64,000 nucleotides of DNA from Gammaproteobacteria bacterium (GTDB lineage: Bacteria > Pseudomonadota > Gammaproteobacteria > Eutrophobiales > Eutrophobiaceae): positions 2,816,001 through 2,880,000 of the forward strand of contig OZ220696.1 in assembly GCA_965116495.1 (NCBI GenBank), given 5' to 3'. The first letter of the stretch is position 1. Every line of letters starts with the position of its first letter. Below, piece by piece: positions 1 to 10,323 of the stretch. Below the pieces are notes generated by a model that was not told the DNA's origin, searched no databases, and saw only the letters and a program-made list of their open reading frames with translations. The position numbers and the translations under genes were made by a program.

Positions 1-1185
1 TTGCTTGACCTTTTCCATCCAGGGTCCCACCCGTGGCAACAAAGATCCTGCAGAGGCGCCGATGAACAGTAACGGCACGCCAAAACCCAGGCCCATCGAG
101 AACAATGCCGCACCGCCCAGTAACGCATCTCCGGTCTGGCTGATATACAGCAAGGCGCCGGCCAGGGGCGGTGCGACGCAGGGGCCGACGATGATGGCAG
201 ACACCGCGCCCATGAGCGCGCTGGAATACAGGCCGGATACCTGGCCGGGCTGTGACAGGGAGGACAGCCGCGTCTGTATGGCTGCCGGCATGCGTAATTC
301 ATAAAACCCGAACATGGACAGGGCCAGGATGACGAAAACCAGGCTGAACGCACTGATTGTCCAGACATTCTGGGAAGCAGCCTGGAGGTTCAGCTGGAAA
401 GAACCGGCCAGCACCCCGAGCAAGGCATAGGTCAGCGCCATGGCGAGCACGTACGCAAGGGATAACACAAATCCGCGCCGGCCGGTCACGGTGCCGGACT
501 GTCCCACGATAATGCCGGACAGGATCGGGATCATCGGAAATACACAGGGGGTGAGCGACAGTAATACACCGAAGGCAAAAAACGCGAGCACATTCAGGAT
601 GAAGCTGCCCTGTTTCAACCGCGCGGTGATCCTGTCCTGGACGGAAAGCTGCGCCAGGCTTACCGGCTGTACGGTGGCGGAGGGGGTTTGGCCCAGGTCG
701 ACGGTGATCTCCTTTTGTTGCGGCGGGTAGCAGACCGATCCGTCCTTGCAACCCTGGTAGCCCACCCGGAACAGGGCATCCCGGAGCCCCGCCCTGCCGG
801 GGGCAAGCGCCACTTCAACAGCGACCAGTCCGGTGTTTACTTCAACCTCGCCAAAGGACTCATCCTGCTTGACCTTGCCGCGCGGTATCCGGATTGCTGT
901 CTCATCAATCCCCACCTCATCCGCCAGGGAGGCAAACGAAAACTTGCCCCGGTAGAGATAATATCCCTCCGCCACTACCCAGCTGAATTGCACGGTATCC
1001 GGGCCGACCGCCTCTGCAGTCAGCCGGAAAGCCTGGTCGGGATCCAGGATCCCATACCGGTTGAGGCTGCCCTCATCGGGGTTGACCAGGTTTTTCAGGC
1101 GCTCACCGATGGATTGTGCGGATACGGCCAGGGCTACCAGGCACAGCAGCAACGTGATTATCCGTCGTGGCTCAGGCATCTTCAT
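1..1185 (-). CDS. dsbD: Thiol:disulfide interchange protein DsbD, 3' end runs off the window
   Basis: Not in the ORF track (no stop in window). Manual translation from ATG 1185 gives a signal peptide, 'AEGYYLYR', 'YQGCKDGSVCYPP' and 'LLSLTPCVFPMIPILSGII'; lies downstream of cutA. Confidence 0.93.
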   Translation of the reverse strand, partial: MKMPEPRRIITLLLCLVALAVSAQSIGERLKNLVNPDEGSLNRYGILDPDQAFRLTAEAVGPDTVQFSWVVAEGYYLYRGKFSFASLADEVGIDETAIRIPRGKVKQDESFGEVEVNTGLVAVEVALAPGRAGLRDALFRVGYQGCKDGSVCYPPQQKEITVDLGQTPSATVQPVSLAQLSVQDRITARLKQGSFILNVLAFFAFGVLLSLTPCVFPMIPILSGIIVGQSGTVTGRRGFVLSLAYVLAMALTYALLGVLAGSFQLNLQAASQNVWTISAFSLVFVILALSMFGFYELRMPAAIQTRLSSLSQPGQVSGLYSSALMGAVSAIIVGPCVAPPLAGALLYISQTGDALLGGAALFSMGLGFGVPLLFIGASAGSLLPRVGPWMEKVKQ

Positions 1186-1540
1186 CTGTATGTTCGTCAA
1201 TCCAGGACAAATATTCAGGCAAACCCCTGTTAACAGGGACTCCGATAATTTCCGGAAGTTCATAAGGATGTAATTCCCTGATACGCCGTTCCAGCGCCGG
1301 GTAGCTTGCCGATGACGCCTTGATCAGCAGCAGGTATTCATCCGCGCAATCCACCTTGCCGGCCCAGTGGAAATAGGATTGCAATCCGGGCAGCACCTGT
1401 ACGCAGGCAGCCAGCCTGCCCTCTACCAGGTCAGCCGCGATGCGGCCAGCCGTCTCGGAGTCCGGACAGGTATTCAAGACCACCAGGTATTCGGGTAACT
1501 TTGCGATGACTGTCTTTCCCGGATTAATGCGCACGCCCAA
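1172..1540 (-). CDS. cutA: Divalent-cation tolerance protein CutA (start uncertain)
   Basis: 'LVEGRLAACVQ', 'HPYELPEII' motifs; cutA-dsbD synteny. Confidence 0.93.
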   Translation of the reverse strand: MGVRINPGKTVIAKLPEYLVVLNTCPDSETAGRIAADLVEGRLAACVQVLPGLQSYFHWAGKVDCADEYLLLIKASSASYPALERRIRELHPYELPEIIGVPVNRGLPEYLSWIDEHTDEDA

Positions 1541-1615
1541 ACATGCAGCTGAAAAAGGTATATAATAACCTACGCCGGGCGGAACCTGCTTGAAAATTCA
1601 CAATCCGCCGATAGA

Positions 1616-2053
1616 TTGATAATCATGTTCAAGATCCTTTTCCTGCTGTTTCTTACCGTCCCCCTCGTTGAAATCTATTTTCTCATCCAGGTAGGACAGC
1701 ACATCGGTGCGTTGTCGACGGTATTATTATGTATCCTCACCGCAGCCCTCGGCGCCATACTGTTGCGCATACAGGGCCTGCTGACACTGCTGCGGGCACG
1801 CGAGAAACTGCAGCGCGGAGAAATTCCGGCCGATAATCTGCTGGAGGGACTGATCCTGCTTATCGCCGGCGTCCTGTTACTGACCCCGGGTTTTGTTACC
1901 GACGTGATCGGTTTCCTTTGCCTGGTCCCGTCCCTGCGCTCACTGCTGGCCCTGAAAATGCTGCACCAGGCATTTGATGCAGACATTCGGAAAAAAAACA
2001 TAATCGTCGAAGGGGAATTCTGGGAAGAAGATAACAACCGGCGACTGCATTAA
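1616..2053 (+). CDS. fxsA: FxsA family membrane protein (start may be ATG 1625)
   Basis: 'VPLVEIYFLIQVG', 'GVLLLTPGFVTDVIG'; divergent from cutA. Confidence 0.92.
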   Translation: MIIMFKILFLLFLTVPLVEIYFLIQVGQHIGALSTVLLCILTAALGAILLRIQGLLTLLRAREKLQRGEIPADNLLEGLILLIAGVLLLTPGFVTDVIGFLCLVPSLRSLLALKMLHQAFDADIRKKNIIVEGEFWEEDNNRRLH

Positions 2054-2065
2054 CCCGCCAGGGCC

Positions 2066-2092
2066 GTCATTCCCGCGCACGCGGGAATCCAG
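2066..2092. repeat. REP-like palindrome, family A (GTCATTCCCGCGnAnGCGGGAATCCAG)
   Basis: gtcattcccgcgcacgcgggaatccag; related copies at 35728, 35813, 41990, 42073, 54806, 63416. Confidence 0.85.
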
Positions 2093-2120
2093 ACCGATTT
2101 CGTGAGAACCTGTCAGGGCA

Positions 2121-2813
2121 ATGGATAAACGACAAAACACCATCGATTACCTGTCCGGTTTCATCAACGAAGAACGCAGAGAACGGCTGAAAGAAATCCT
2201 GCGGCTTAGAACCCGTCATATCACGGTGGTACTGGAAGACATCTACCAGTCACAAAACGCCAGTGCGGTCCTGCGTACCTGTGAATGTCTCGGCATACAG
2301 GAGCTCCACGTCATCGAAAACCACCATGAGTACCGTCTCAACCCTGCCGTGGTGCAAGGGGCGTCAAAATGGATCGACCTCGTAAAACATAACCAGCCGG
2401 ACCGCGACAATACCCGCGCCTGTATCGAAACACTCAAACAGCGGGGTTACCGCATCATCGCCATGGCGCCGGCGCCCGCCGGCAAGACCGTGGAACAACT
2501 GGATATCAGGGACAAACTCGCCCTCTGTTTTGGTTCGGAAGAACCGGGACTTTCAGAAACCCTGCAAGACCTGGCCGACGACACCGTAAGAATCCCGATC
2601 AACGGTTTCACCCGAAGCTACAACCTGTCGGTCAGTGCAGGGATCAGCCTCTACACCCTGGACAGAACCCTGAGAAACTCAGGCGTCGGCTGGCAGCTTG
2701 ATGAGCGCGACGCCACCGGCCTCTATATCAAATGGTTGACGCACTCAACGCCTACCGGTGAACAGTTACTGGAGGATTACCGGAAGAAACTGGACATTTT
2801 ACCCCCAAAATGA
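2121..2813 (+). CDS. trmH: SpoU/TrmH family RNA 2'-O-methyltransferase
   Basis: SPOUT motifs 'VVLEDIYQSQNASAVLRT', 'FGSEEPGLS', 'IPINGFTRSYNLSVSA'. Confidence 0.8.
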   Translation: MDKRQNTIDYLSGFINEERRERLKEILRLRTRHITVVLEDIYQSQNASAVLRTCECLGIQELHVIENHHEYRLNPAVVQGASKWIDLVKHNQPDRDNTRACIETLKQRGYRIIAMAPAPAGKTVEQLDIRDKLALCFGSEEPGLSETLQDLADDTVRIPINGFTRSYNLSVSAGISLYTLDRTLRNSGVGWQLDERDATGLYIKWLTHSTPTGEQLLEDYRKKLDILPPK

Positions 2814-2905
2814 CCCTTTTAAGCTCACTTATGGCCTTATTTTAGTATTTATTTATAATGTAATCAATGGGTTATATGATATTATGCTGGTCCAACCCCC
2901 CCCCA

Positions 2906-4378
2906 TCAGAAAAATACCTGGGTGCGGAATGACAGGTATTCGGGATCGCCGTCGCCGCGTCCCCAGTCACAGGTGTCGGCAGCGCCGCTGTTACAGAGCG
3001 TCTTGACGTAATTCAGCTTGAACATCATATTATTGTTGACGTACCAGTTCAGCGCGGCGCTGAGCACGTCGCCGGAATCTGCGCCGATGCCGGTGCCGAG
3101 GTCGGTGGAACTGTAGCGCAACCCGACTTCCCAGGCACCCCAGCCGCCGCCACCCAGCGGGTCCTTGACCTTGACGCTGCTGAACGCGCCGTTCTTATAG
3201 CGGCGATTCTCCCCGGTGAGAAAATAACTGCCCTGGACGTAAAATCCTTCCATGTCGGTATCCCCTGTAGCGCCGGTACCGTCAAAATCACCGTAGTAGT
3301 ATTCCGCGCTGGCCGCAAACGGGCCCCAGATGCTCGCTGCTTCCAGGTTCAGACCCCAGAAATTATCGGCCGTGATCGATCCATCGGAATCCACGATCCT
3401 GTCCCCTTCTGACACACCCGGCCGTACCCGGAACCGGTTTACCCGCTTGTCAGGATAATGTTTATAGCCGAACGCAGCGCCGGCATGAACCAGTTTTTTG
3501 CCGGAGCGGTTCACCGGTAACCAGGTTGCCCGCCCGGTCACTCCCCAGCCGTCGTCGATCTTGCGTTCGCTGATGGAGTCCGTGCCCAGCTCCACCTCCA
3601 CGGTATCCCCGGCGCTGTCGGTAAATTCACCGTCGTCGCTGGCATCACCGCGCTGCCGCATCAGGTAGAAGCCGCCGGCAAGGGTATGGTTCTTTCCGGC
3701 GTTCTCCAGGGTAATACCCGGTGTTCTTCCACCTATGCCGATAGACTCCGATGTAAACAGGTCGGTGGGCGCTGAGCGCTCGATGAACGTGATGTACTTG
3801 GAACTGGTCAGCGTGCTGAGGGAGAACGGCGCCTTGCGCTGGCCGACGGTGATGGAGGCCGGGTCCCAGCCCCGGTACTTAATGAAGGCGTCTTCTATAG
3901 ACGTGCTGCTGTCATCGGCGTCCTCCAGGTCGAACTGGAATTTCCAGTCCCAGTGCTCCCAGGCAGTGCCGGATAGGTAGATACGCGCCCGGCGGAACTG
4001 CTGCTCACTGCTGCCTACGCGGCCGCCGCCGTCGTTGCCGACCAGAGTGAGGTCATGCTGGGCGCGCCCGCCGATGCGGAATTTATGCTCATCCGTCTTG
4101 AATTCCAGTTTTCCCGCTGTGGTAATTTTGGGTGATGGTTTGGCGGCTGCAACCACTTCAGGAGCAGGCTCGGCGGCCGCCTGCGCGGTAGTTTCACCCT
4201 CGGCCGCGGCAGTGTTCTTGAGTAACTCGTATTCCTGCTGGCTGATACCCCCTTTGTCCCTGAGGATTTTCAGCAGTTCCAGTAACGCGCCGTTGGTCGC
4301 ATGGACCGGTAAGGTCAACATGGACAGTACGCCTGTCAGAAGCGCGACATATAGAAACCTGAAAGTCGTTTTATACAT
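2906..4378 (-). CDS. Phosphate-selective porin, OprO/OprP family
   Basis: Signal peptide, 'FRRARIYLSG', 'SSKYITFIERS', 'GFYVQGSYFLTGE', 'GAWEVGLRYS', C-terminal Phe; ORF track starts at 4399, ATG 4378 preferred. Confidence 0.9.
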   Translation of the reverse strand: MYKTTFRFLYVALLTGVLSMLTLPVHATNGALLELLKILRDKGGISQQEYELLKNTAAAEGETTAQAAAEPAPEVVAAAKPSPKITTAGKLEFKTDEHKFRIGGRAQHDLTLVGNDGGGRVGSSEQQFRRARIYLSGTAWEHWDWKFQFDLEDADDSSTSIEDAFIKYRGWDPASITVGQRKAPFSLSTLTSSKYITFIERSAPTDLFTSESIGIGGRTPGITLENAGKNHTLAGGFYLMRQRGDASDDGEFTDSAGDTVEVELGTDSISERKIDDGWGVTGRATWLPVNRSGKKLVHAGAAFGYKHYPDKRVNRFRVRPGVSEGDRIVDSDGSITADNFWGLNLEAASIWGPFAASAEYYYGDFDGTGATGDTDMEGFYVQGSYFLTGENRRYKNGAFSSVKVKDPLGGGGWGAWEVGLRYSSTDLGTGIGADSGDVLSAALNWYVNNNMMFKLNYVKTLCNSGAADTCDWGRGDGDPEYLSFRTQVFF

Positions 4379-4474
4379 ATTTGTTCTCCTTAGAATCATA
4401 AGAATTTATACCTGGCAGCCAGAACCGCTGCTGAGAAAAAGGATGCGAGAAATAAATTACATTATTAATTTTGC

Positions 4475-4492
4475 GTGATCATTCTGTTACAA
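4475..4492 (-). promoter_or_regulatory. Putative Pho box upstream of the porin
   Basis: Minus strand TTGTAAC-agaa-TGATCAC, 11-bp half-site spacing; second half-site degenerate. Confidence 0.55.
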
Positions 4493-4532
4493 CCCGCAAA
4501 GACAGTGGTTCACGACAATACACCGGGCAGCT

Positions 4533-5354
4533 TCAGAACCCCCGGTGTTCCTTGATACATTCATAGGCCTGGCGGATTTCGTGGGTTCGCTGGGTGGCAA
4601 TTTTCATCATTTCTTCCGGCAATCCTTTCGCGACAAGCTTGTCCGGGTGGTGCTGGCTGATCAAGCGGCGGTAGGCTTTTTTCACTTCGGCATCACCGGC
4701 ACTATCCGGGATGTCCAATACCGAATAGGCGTCAGCCAGGGATATGCGGCCATCACTCTGCCGGCGATGGTGCAACTCGGCGCTGACCGACGCCAGGATG
4801 GATTCCAGCTCATATCCGGAAAAGCCGATTTCATCACATACCAGGCGCAGCACCTGGTTTTCCGCGGGGTGCAGGGCTCCGTCGGCATAGGCGGCATAAC
4901 AGAGTATTTCCACGAACATCCGTTGCAGGGTGGTGCGCCGCCCGATTTCCCGTCGAAACTGGGAGAGAACCGCATAAATGTCGAAATCCTCTTCCTTGCC
5001 TTCATTGAACAATGCCTTGGCCGCGTCCCGTTGTTGAGCCGAAAGCACCATGTCCTGCATGACCCGTGAGGCCATGCGGATTTCATCTTTGGTGACCTTG
5101 CCGTCCGCCTTGCTGATGTGGCCCATCACGGAGAAAACCGCGGTAAAAAAAGCAGCCTGGATGCGGAACTGGTGCCCGCGCGGGAGATCGCCCGGCCGGC
5201 CGCCGCCCCGGGTCCTGCGTCCCGTACCCGGCTGTTCGAAGTTGCCGCTTACGCCCCTGTCAAAATTACGGCCAACCGCCGCGCCCAGCACCGCGCCGAG
5301 CGGCCCGCCCAGCATGAAGCCGAATGCCCCGCCCGCCAGCGTTCCCCACCATGA
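4533..5354 (-). CDS. djlA: Co-chaperone DjlA
   Basis: N-terminal TM 'GGPLGAVLG', TerB-like 'KADGKVTKDEI', C-terminal J-domain 'HHPDK'. Confidence 0.93.
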   Translation of the reverse strand, partial: SWWGTLAGGAFGFMLGGPLGAVLGAAVGRNFDRGVSGNFEQPGTGRRTRGGGRPGDLPRGHQFRIQAAFFTAVFSVMGHISKADGKVTKDEIRMASRVMQDMVLSAQQRDAAKALFNEGKEEDFDIYAVLSQFRREIGRRTTLQRMFVEILCYAAYADGALHPAENQVLRLVCDEIGFSGYELESILASVSAELHHRRQSDGRISLADAYSVLDIPDSAGDAEVKKAYRRLISQHHPDKLVAKGLPEEMMKIATQRTHEIRQAYECIKEHRGF

Positions 5355-5432
5355 CATTATCTGGCTACCTTTTTCATATTCATTTAATATTCAACCAATA
5401 TTATCTTAATCTTCTTGACTGTGATGATTGGA

Positions 5433-5948
5433 TTACAACTGCCTGGGCCTCACCAGGTGCAGCAACTCGCCCGCTGCCGCTGTGCTCATGGTACCGGTAT
5501 CGGAAAATCCGAGTACTGCTACAGCAGCAGTAGTCATCAGTTTCCCCGTATCCGTCAGGGGCGGTTTTGTGCTGCTTAAAAAATACAATAATTCATCCAT
5601 CCCCGGGTTATGGCCGGTAATCATGAAATTCCCGCTGCTTTGGCTGTATTGATCTACCAGGCCAAGCAACGCGTCAAGTGACGCACCATAGATGCCGCTC
5701 TCATATACAATGCGCTCGACACCCAGTTCGCTGTTGGCCGCTGCCAATGTCTCACGGGCGCGCAAAGCCGGCGAACACAGGATAAGATCCGGGGTTATGC
5801 CGTTTGTTTTCATCCATTTCCCCATTCCGGGGGCATCTTTACGGCCCCGTTGCGCCAGGGGACGGTCAAAATCGCCCGGCGCTTCACTGTTCCAGTCGGA
5901 CTTGGCGTGCCGGAGCAGGATCAATCGGGCGTTATTCCGCATCAACAA
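5433..5948 (-). CDS. sixA: SixA-type histidine phosphatase
   Basis: 'LLRHAKS', 'DRPL', 'SPALRARET', 'GHNPG'. Confidence 0.82.
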   Translation of the reverse strand: MLMRNNARLILLRHAKSDWNSEAPGDFDRPLAQRGRKDAPGMGKWMKTNGITPDLILCSPALRARETLAAANSELGVERIVYESGIYGASLDALLGLVDQYSQSSGNFMITGHNPGMDELLYFLSSTKPPLTDTGKLMTTAAVAVLGFSDTGTMSTAAAGELLHLVRPRQL

Positions 5949-5987
5949 ATATCAGAAAAAGAGACAAGATTGCCGGGATTGTACAAC

Positions 5988-7481
5988 ATGAGTTCCCCGA
6001 TGAGTGAAACTTTTGCCGCCGTTGACCTGGGCTCCAACAGCTTTCACATGGTCGTCGCCAGATTCGAGGACGGTCAGGTACGAATTATCGACCGGCTCAA
6101 GGATATGGTACGCATAGCGTCAGGATTGGACAGCAACAACAACCTGACCGAAGCGGCGATGGATAGAGCGCTGGAGTCCCTGCGCCAGTTCGGCCAGCGT
6201 ATCCGCGAAGTACCCAGGACCAACGTAAAAGCGGTAGGCACCAATACTCTGCGTCTGGCCCATAACGGTAAGGAATTCATCCGGCGCGCGCGCATGGCGC
6301 TGGGTCACAACATCGACATCATATCCGGCCAGGAAGAGGCCAGACTGGTATTTATCGGGGTGGCTCACAGCTTCTATAACCACCATGGCTCCACCCTGGT
6401 GATTGATATAGGCGGTGGCAGCACTGAACTCATTATCGGTAAAGGGTTTCAACCCAAGGTGGCCGAGAGCCTGTATATGGGCTGTGTCAACGTCAGCCTG
6501 CGCTATTTCCCGGACGGGAAGATTACCAGTCGCCGTATGCGGGATGCCGTATTATTTGCCCGTACGGAACTCGAAACCATCGAAGCCGGGTACCGCCGTT
6601 TTGGCTGGGATACTGCGCTGGGCTCATCGGGGACGATACGGGCCATCGCCGATATAGCCGTAGCACAGGGCTGGAGCGAGGGTGGCATTACACGGGACGC
6701 CGTTGAAATTCTGCGCACGCGGTTGCTTGCCGCAGGCCACCATGACAGGCTGTACCTGGAAGGCTTGACGGAACGCAGGAAGCCGGTTTTTGCCGGCGGA
6801 CTTGCCATCCTGAGCGCAGTCATTGAAGCGCTCGACCTGGACCATATCCAGGTATCAGAAGGCGCCCTGCGGGAAGGGATCCTGTACGAACTCATCGGCA
6901 GGTCCCAGAATCAGGATATACGCAATACGACCGTAGTGGATATAGCGGTGCGTTACGGTGTGGACCGGGAACAGGCGGACAAGGTGGCCAAAACCGCAGA
7001 AACCCTGTTTGACCAGGTCCGTGCGCACTGGGACTTCGACATCACTGACCGGGATACGCTGCTCTGGTCGGCGCAACTGCATGAGATCGGCCTGGCCATC
7101 GCCCACGCACAATACCACCGCCACGGCGCTTACCTGCTGTCCAATTCCGACATGCCGGGCTTCTCGCGCCAGGAACAGCAAAACCTGTCCCTGCTGGCAC
7201 GCGCCCACAGGAGGAAATTTCCCGTCCTGGAATTCGACCAGGCTGCCCTGGACAACCGGGACAAATTACAGCGTCTCGCCATCCTGCTTCGGTTGTCCTG
7301 CGTTCTCAACAGGAGTCGCTCCTACACCGCACCACCGGACATCAAGGCGAGCGCAGACAGCAACAGTCTGTCACTCAAATTCCCCAGGGGCTGGCTGGAT
7401 AACCACGCCCTGACCCGGGCCGACCTGGAAACCGAGGCGGGATACCTGGAAGTCGTCGAGTTTGCGTTGAAGTCTGGTTGA
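5988..7481 (+). CDS. ppx: Exopolyphosphatase Ppx/GppA
   Basis: 'AAVDLGSNSFH', 'ISGQEEARL', 'DIGGGSTE', 'ALREG'; convergent with ppk1; start ATG 5988 or 6000. Confidence 0.93.
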   Translation: MSSPMSETFAAVDLGSNSFHMVVARFEDGQVRIIDRLKDMVRIASGLDSNNNLTEAAMDRALESLRQFGQRIREVPRTNVKAVGTNTLRLAHNGKEFIRRARMALGHNIDIISGQEEARLVFIGVAHSFYNHHGSTLVIDIGGGSTELIIGKGFQPKVAESLYMGCVNVSLRYFPDGKITSRRMRDAVLFARTELETIEAGYRRFGWDTALGSSGTIRAIADIAVAQGWSEGGITRDAVEILRTRLLAAGHHDRLYLEGLTERRKPVFAGGLAILSAVIEALDLDHIQVSEGALREGILYELIGRSQNQDIRNTTVVDIAVRYGVDREQADKVAKTAETLFDQVRAHWDFDITDRDTLLWSAQLHEIGLAIAHAQYHRHGAYLLSNSDMPGFSRQEQQNLSLLARAHRRKFPVLEFDQAALDNRDKLQRLAILLRLSCVLNRSRSYTAPPDIKASADSNSLSLKFPRGWLDNHALTRADLETEAGYLEVVEFALKSG

Positions 7482-7487
7482 ATCCGG

Positions 7488-9557
7488 TCAGCGGCAGTAA
7501 TTATCAAGCAGTTGCTGCTGGGTGTTCCTGGGTTTCTGGCTGCCCGGGCGGCTCTTTCTGTAGGTGCCGTCACTCTGCAGGATCCAGGCCTGGGTATTAT
7601 CGTTGAGGTAGTTCAACAAACCGAACTTGATGACCTGGTCTTTGGGTCGTTTCTCCTCGATGGGGAAACAGGCCTCCACCCTGTGGTGCAGGTTGCGCGG
7701 CATCCAGTCGGCCGAGGAGCAAAGCACCTGCTCATTTCCCCCATCCAGGAAATAAAATACCCGGGTATGTTCCAGGAACCGTCCTACGATGGAACGCACA
7801 TGGATGTTTTCTGACAGCCCTATGATCCCCGGCCGCAGGCAACAGATACCGCGGATGATCAGGTCGATACGTACACCGTCCATGGATGCCCTGTACAGGG
7901 CCCGGATTATTTCCGGGTCAACCAGGGCGTTCATCTTGGCGATAATATGTGCTTTCTTACCCGCCCTGGCATTGACGGCCTCCCGTTCAATATATGACAG
8001 CAGAGACTTATACAGGGTAAAAGGGGATTGCAGCAGTTTTTTCAGCTTTGACGCTCGCCCGAGACCGGTCAGCTGGAGAAACAGCATGTTGACGTCTTCC
8101 GCCACGGCCTTGTCACAGCTCAATAATCCGTAATCGGTGTACAGCCTGGCGGTACGGGCATGGTAATTACCCGTTCCCAGGTGTACGTAGCGGCGCAGGC
8201 TCCTGCCCTCCCGGCGCACCACCATTACCATCTTCGCATGGGTCTTGTAGCCCACCACGCCGTAGACGACGTGGGCGCCGGCCTCCTGCAGTTCATTGGC
8301 CAGTTCGATATTGGCTTCTTCATCGAACCGGGCCCGCAACTCGATCACCACCGTTACCTCTTTGCCGGAGCGGGCCGCGTCTTTCAGTGCATCGACCAGG
8401 GCTGAATCATCTCCGGTACGATACAGTGTCTGCTTGATCGATAAGACATTCGGGTCGCTGGCCGCCTGCCGTACAAAATCTATAACGGGGGCAAAGGATT
8501 GAAACGGGTGGTGCAACAGGATATCACCGTTCCTCAGGGCATCAAATATGCTGACATTCTTTTGCAGCCGCGGCGGCAGGTCCGGGGTAAATCCGGCAAA
8601 GGTCAGTTCCGGCTTATCCACCAGGTCGCAGATTGCCATCAGCCGACTCAGGTTGACCGGTCCGTTTACCTTGTACAGGTCATCATCATCCAGTTCAAAT
8701 TGTTGCAGCAAAAACGCGGAGATATCCTCGGGACAATTCTCCGCAACTTCCAGCCTGACCGCGTCATTGAATCGTCTCGACGGCAGTTCTCCTTCCAGCG
8801 CAATTAACAGATCATCCACTTCTTCATCGTCCACAAACAGTTCGCTGTTCCGGGTCACCTTGAACTGGTAACAGCCCGTGGACGTCATGCCGGGAAACAG
8901 GTAATCCACGTGGGCGTGGATGATGGACGACAGCAGCACGAAGTTCCATTTGCCATTGCTGATATCTTCCGGCAGGGGTACCACCCTGGGCAACGAGCGC
9001 GGCGCCTGGACGATGGACAGGCGGGTTTCCCGGCCGAATGCATCCTTGCCATCGAGCGTGACAATGAAATAGAGATTCTTGTTCAGCACCCGGGGGAACG
9101 GGTGGGCGGGATCCAGCCCGATGGGGCTGAGCACCGGCAGGACATTACTGTTGAAATAGCGCTTAATCCAGCGCGCGACCGCGGGTTTCCATTCACCGCG
9201 TCGCAACAGGCGAATCTTTGCGTTTTCCAGTTCCGGGGTAATCTTGTCGTTAAGGACGGAATACTGGGTATCCACCAGTTCGTGGGCGAGGATGCCAATC
9301 TGTTTCAGGGTTTCCACCGGGCTGAGGTTATCGGGCCCGGTCTGGACGGAACCGTATTTCACCTGCTGCTTGACGCCGGCAACGCGGATCTCAAAAAACT
9401 CATCCAGGTTGGTGCTGGCGATGCAGAGGAACTTCAATCGTTCCAGCAACGGCATGGATTCATCTTCGGCCTGGGCAATTACGCGCCGGTTGAATTCCAG
9501 CAGGCTTAATTCACGATTGATGTAAAATTCGGGGTTACTGAGACTTTGCGTATCCAC
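7488..9557 (-). CDS. ppk1: Polyphosphate kinase 1
   Basis: 'NRELSLLEFN', 'ELRARFDEEANI', 'KTHAK', 'SSADWMPRN'. Confidence 0.97.
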   Translation of the reverse strand: MDTQSLSNPEFYINRELSLLEFNRRVIAQAEDESMPLLERLKFLCIASTNLDEFFEIRVAGVKQQVKYGSVQTGPDNLSPVETLKQIGILAHELVDTQYSVLNDKITPELENAKIRLLRRGEWKPAVARWIKRYFNSNVLPVLSPIGLDPAHPFPRVLNKNLYFIVTLDGKDAFGRETRLSIVQAPRSLPRVVPLPEDISNGKWNFVLLSSIIHAHVDYLFPGMTSTGCYQFKVTRNSELFVDDEEVDDLLIALEGELPSRRFNDAVRLEVAENCPEDISAFLLQQFELDDDDLYKVNGPVNLSRLMAICDLVDKPELTFAGFTPDLPPRLQKNVSIFDALRNGDILLHHPFQSFAPVIDFVRQAASDPNVLSIKQTLYRTGDDSALVDALKDAARSGKEVTVVIELRARFDEEANIELANELQEAGAHVVYGVVGYKTHAKMVMVVRREGRSLRRYVHLGTGNYHARTARLYTDYGLLSCDKAVAEDVNMLFLQLTGLGRASKLKKLLQSPFTLYKSLLSYIEREAVNARAGKKAHIIAKMNALVDPEIIRALYRASMDGVRIDLIIRGICCLRPGIIGLSENIHVRSIVGRFLEHTRVFYFLDGGNEQVLCSSADWMPRNLHHRVEACFPIEEKRPKDQVIKFGLLNYLNDNTQAWILQSDGTYRKSRPGSQKPRNTQQQLLDNYCR

Positions 9558-9600
9558 ACATACTCGGGTTCGTTAAAGCTGGTGCCGGGCGCAACCGGGA

Positions 9601-10311
9601 TCAGCCGCCTCTTACTTCGTCTTCCATTTGCTCAATGCTGATATGGCGCACATCCTTGCCCTCGACGAAATATATAACATACTCGCAGATGTTGCGAGCA
9701 TGATCGGCTATGCGTTCCAGCGCCCGCGCCACCCAGACCGCGTCCATAAAGCTGCTGATGTTGCGCGGATCTTCCATCATATAGGTAATCAGTTGCCGGA
9801 GTAAGGCGGCGTACTGTTCGTCGGATTCCGGTTCCTTGCCTGCGGTAACCAGCGCTTCCTGGCTATCCATGCGGGCAAACGCGTTCAAGGCTTCGCGCAC
9901 CATGTCCCTGACGAAAACTCCCATGGTGTTTATGCCGATGTAATAGGAACGGGGGCCCGACTTCTCCGCCAGGCTGATGGTCATCCTGGCTATCTTGTCC
10001 GCTTCGTCACCAATGCGTTCCAGGTCGGTGATGGTTTTGATGACCGCCATCACAAACCGGAGGTCGCCGGCCGCCGGCTGGCGCCGCGCCAGCAACGTGA
10101 CACATTCCTCATCGATGGACACCTCGCAGGAGTTCACCTTGACCTCGTTTTCTATTACCTGCTCCGCAAGTGAAACATCGAATCGTATCAACGCCTGCAG
10201 CGCGTCCGAAAACTGCTGTTCGGCAAGACCGCCCATGGCCAGCACGTCGGACCGTATGGTTTCCAACTCATTGTCGAACTGCCTGGAAATATGTTGAGTT
10301 ACCGTGCTCAT
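9601..10311 (-). CDS. phoU: Phosphate signalling/transport regulator PhoU
   Basis: 'RRQPAAGDLR', 'DLERIGD', 'LERIADHARNICEYVIY'. Confidence 0.97.
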   Translation of the reverse strand: MSTVTQHISRQFDNELETIRSDVLAMGGLAEQQFSDALQALIRFDVSLAEQVIENEVKVNSCEVSIDEECVTLLARRQPAAGDLRFVMAVIKTITDLERIGDEADKIARMTISLAEKSGPRSYYIGINTMGVFVRDMVREALNAFARMDSQEALVTAGKEPESDEQYAALLRQLITYMMEDPRNISSFMDAVWVARALERIADHARNICEYVIYFVEGKDVRHISIEQMEDEVRGG

Positions 10312-10323
10312 GGCATTCCCCTT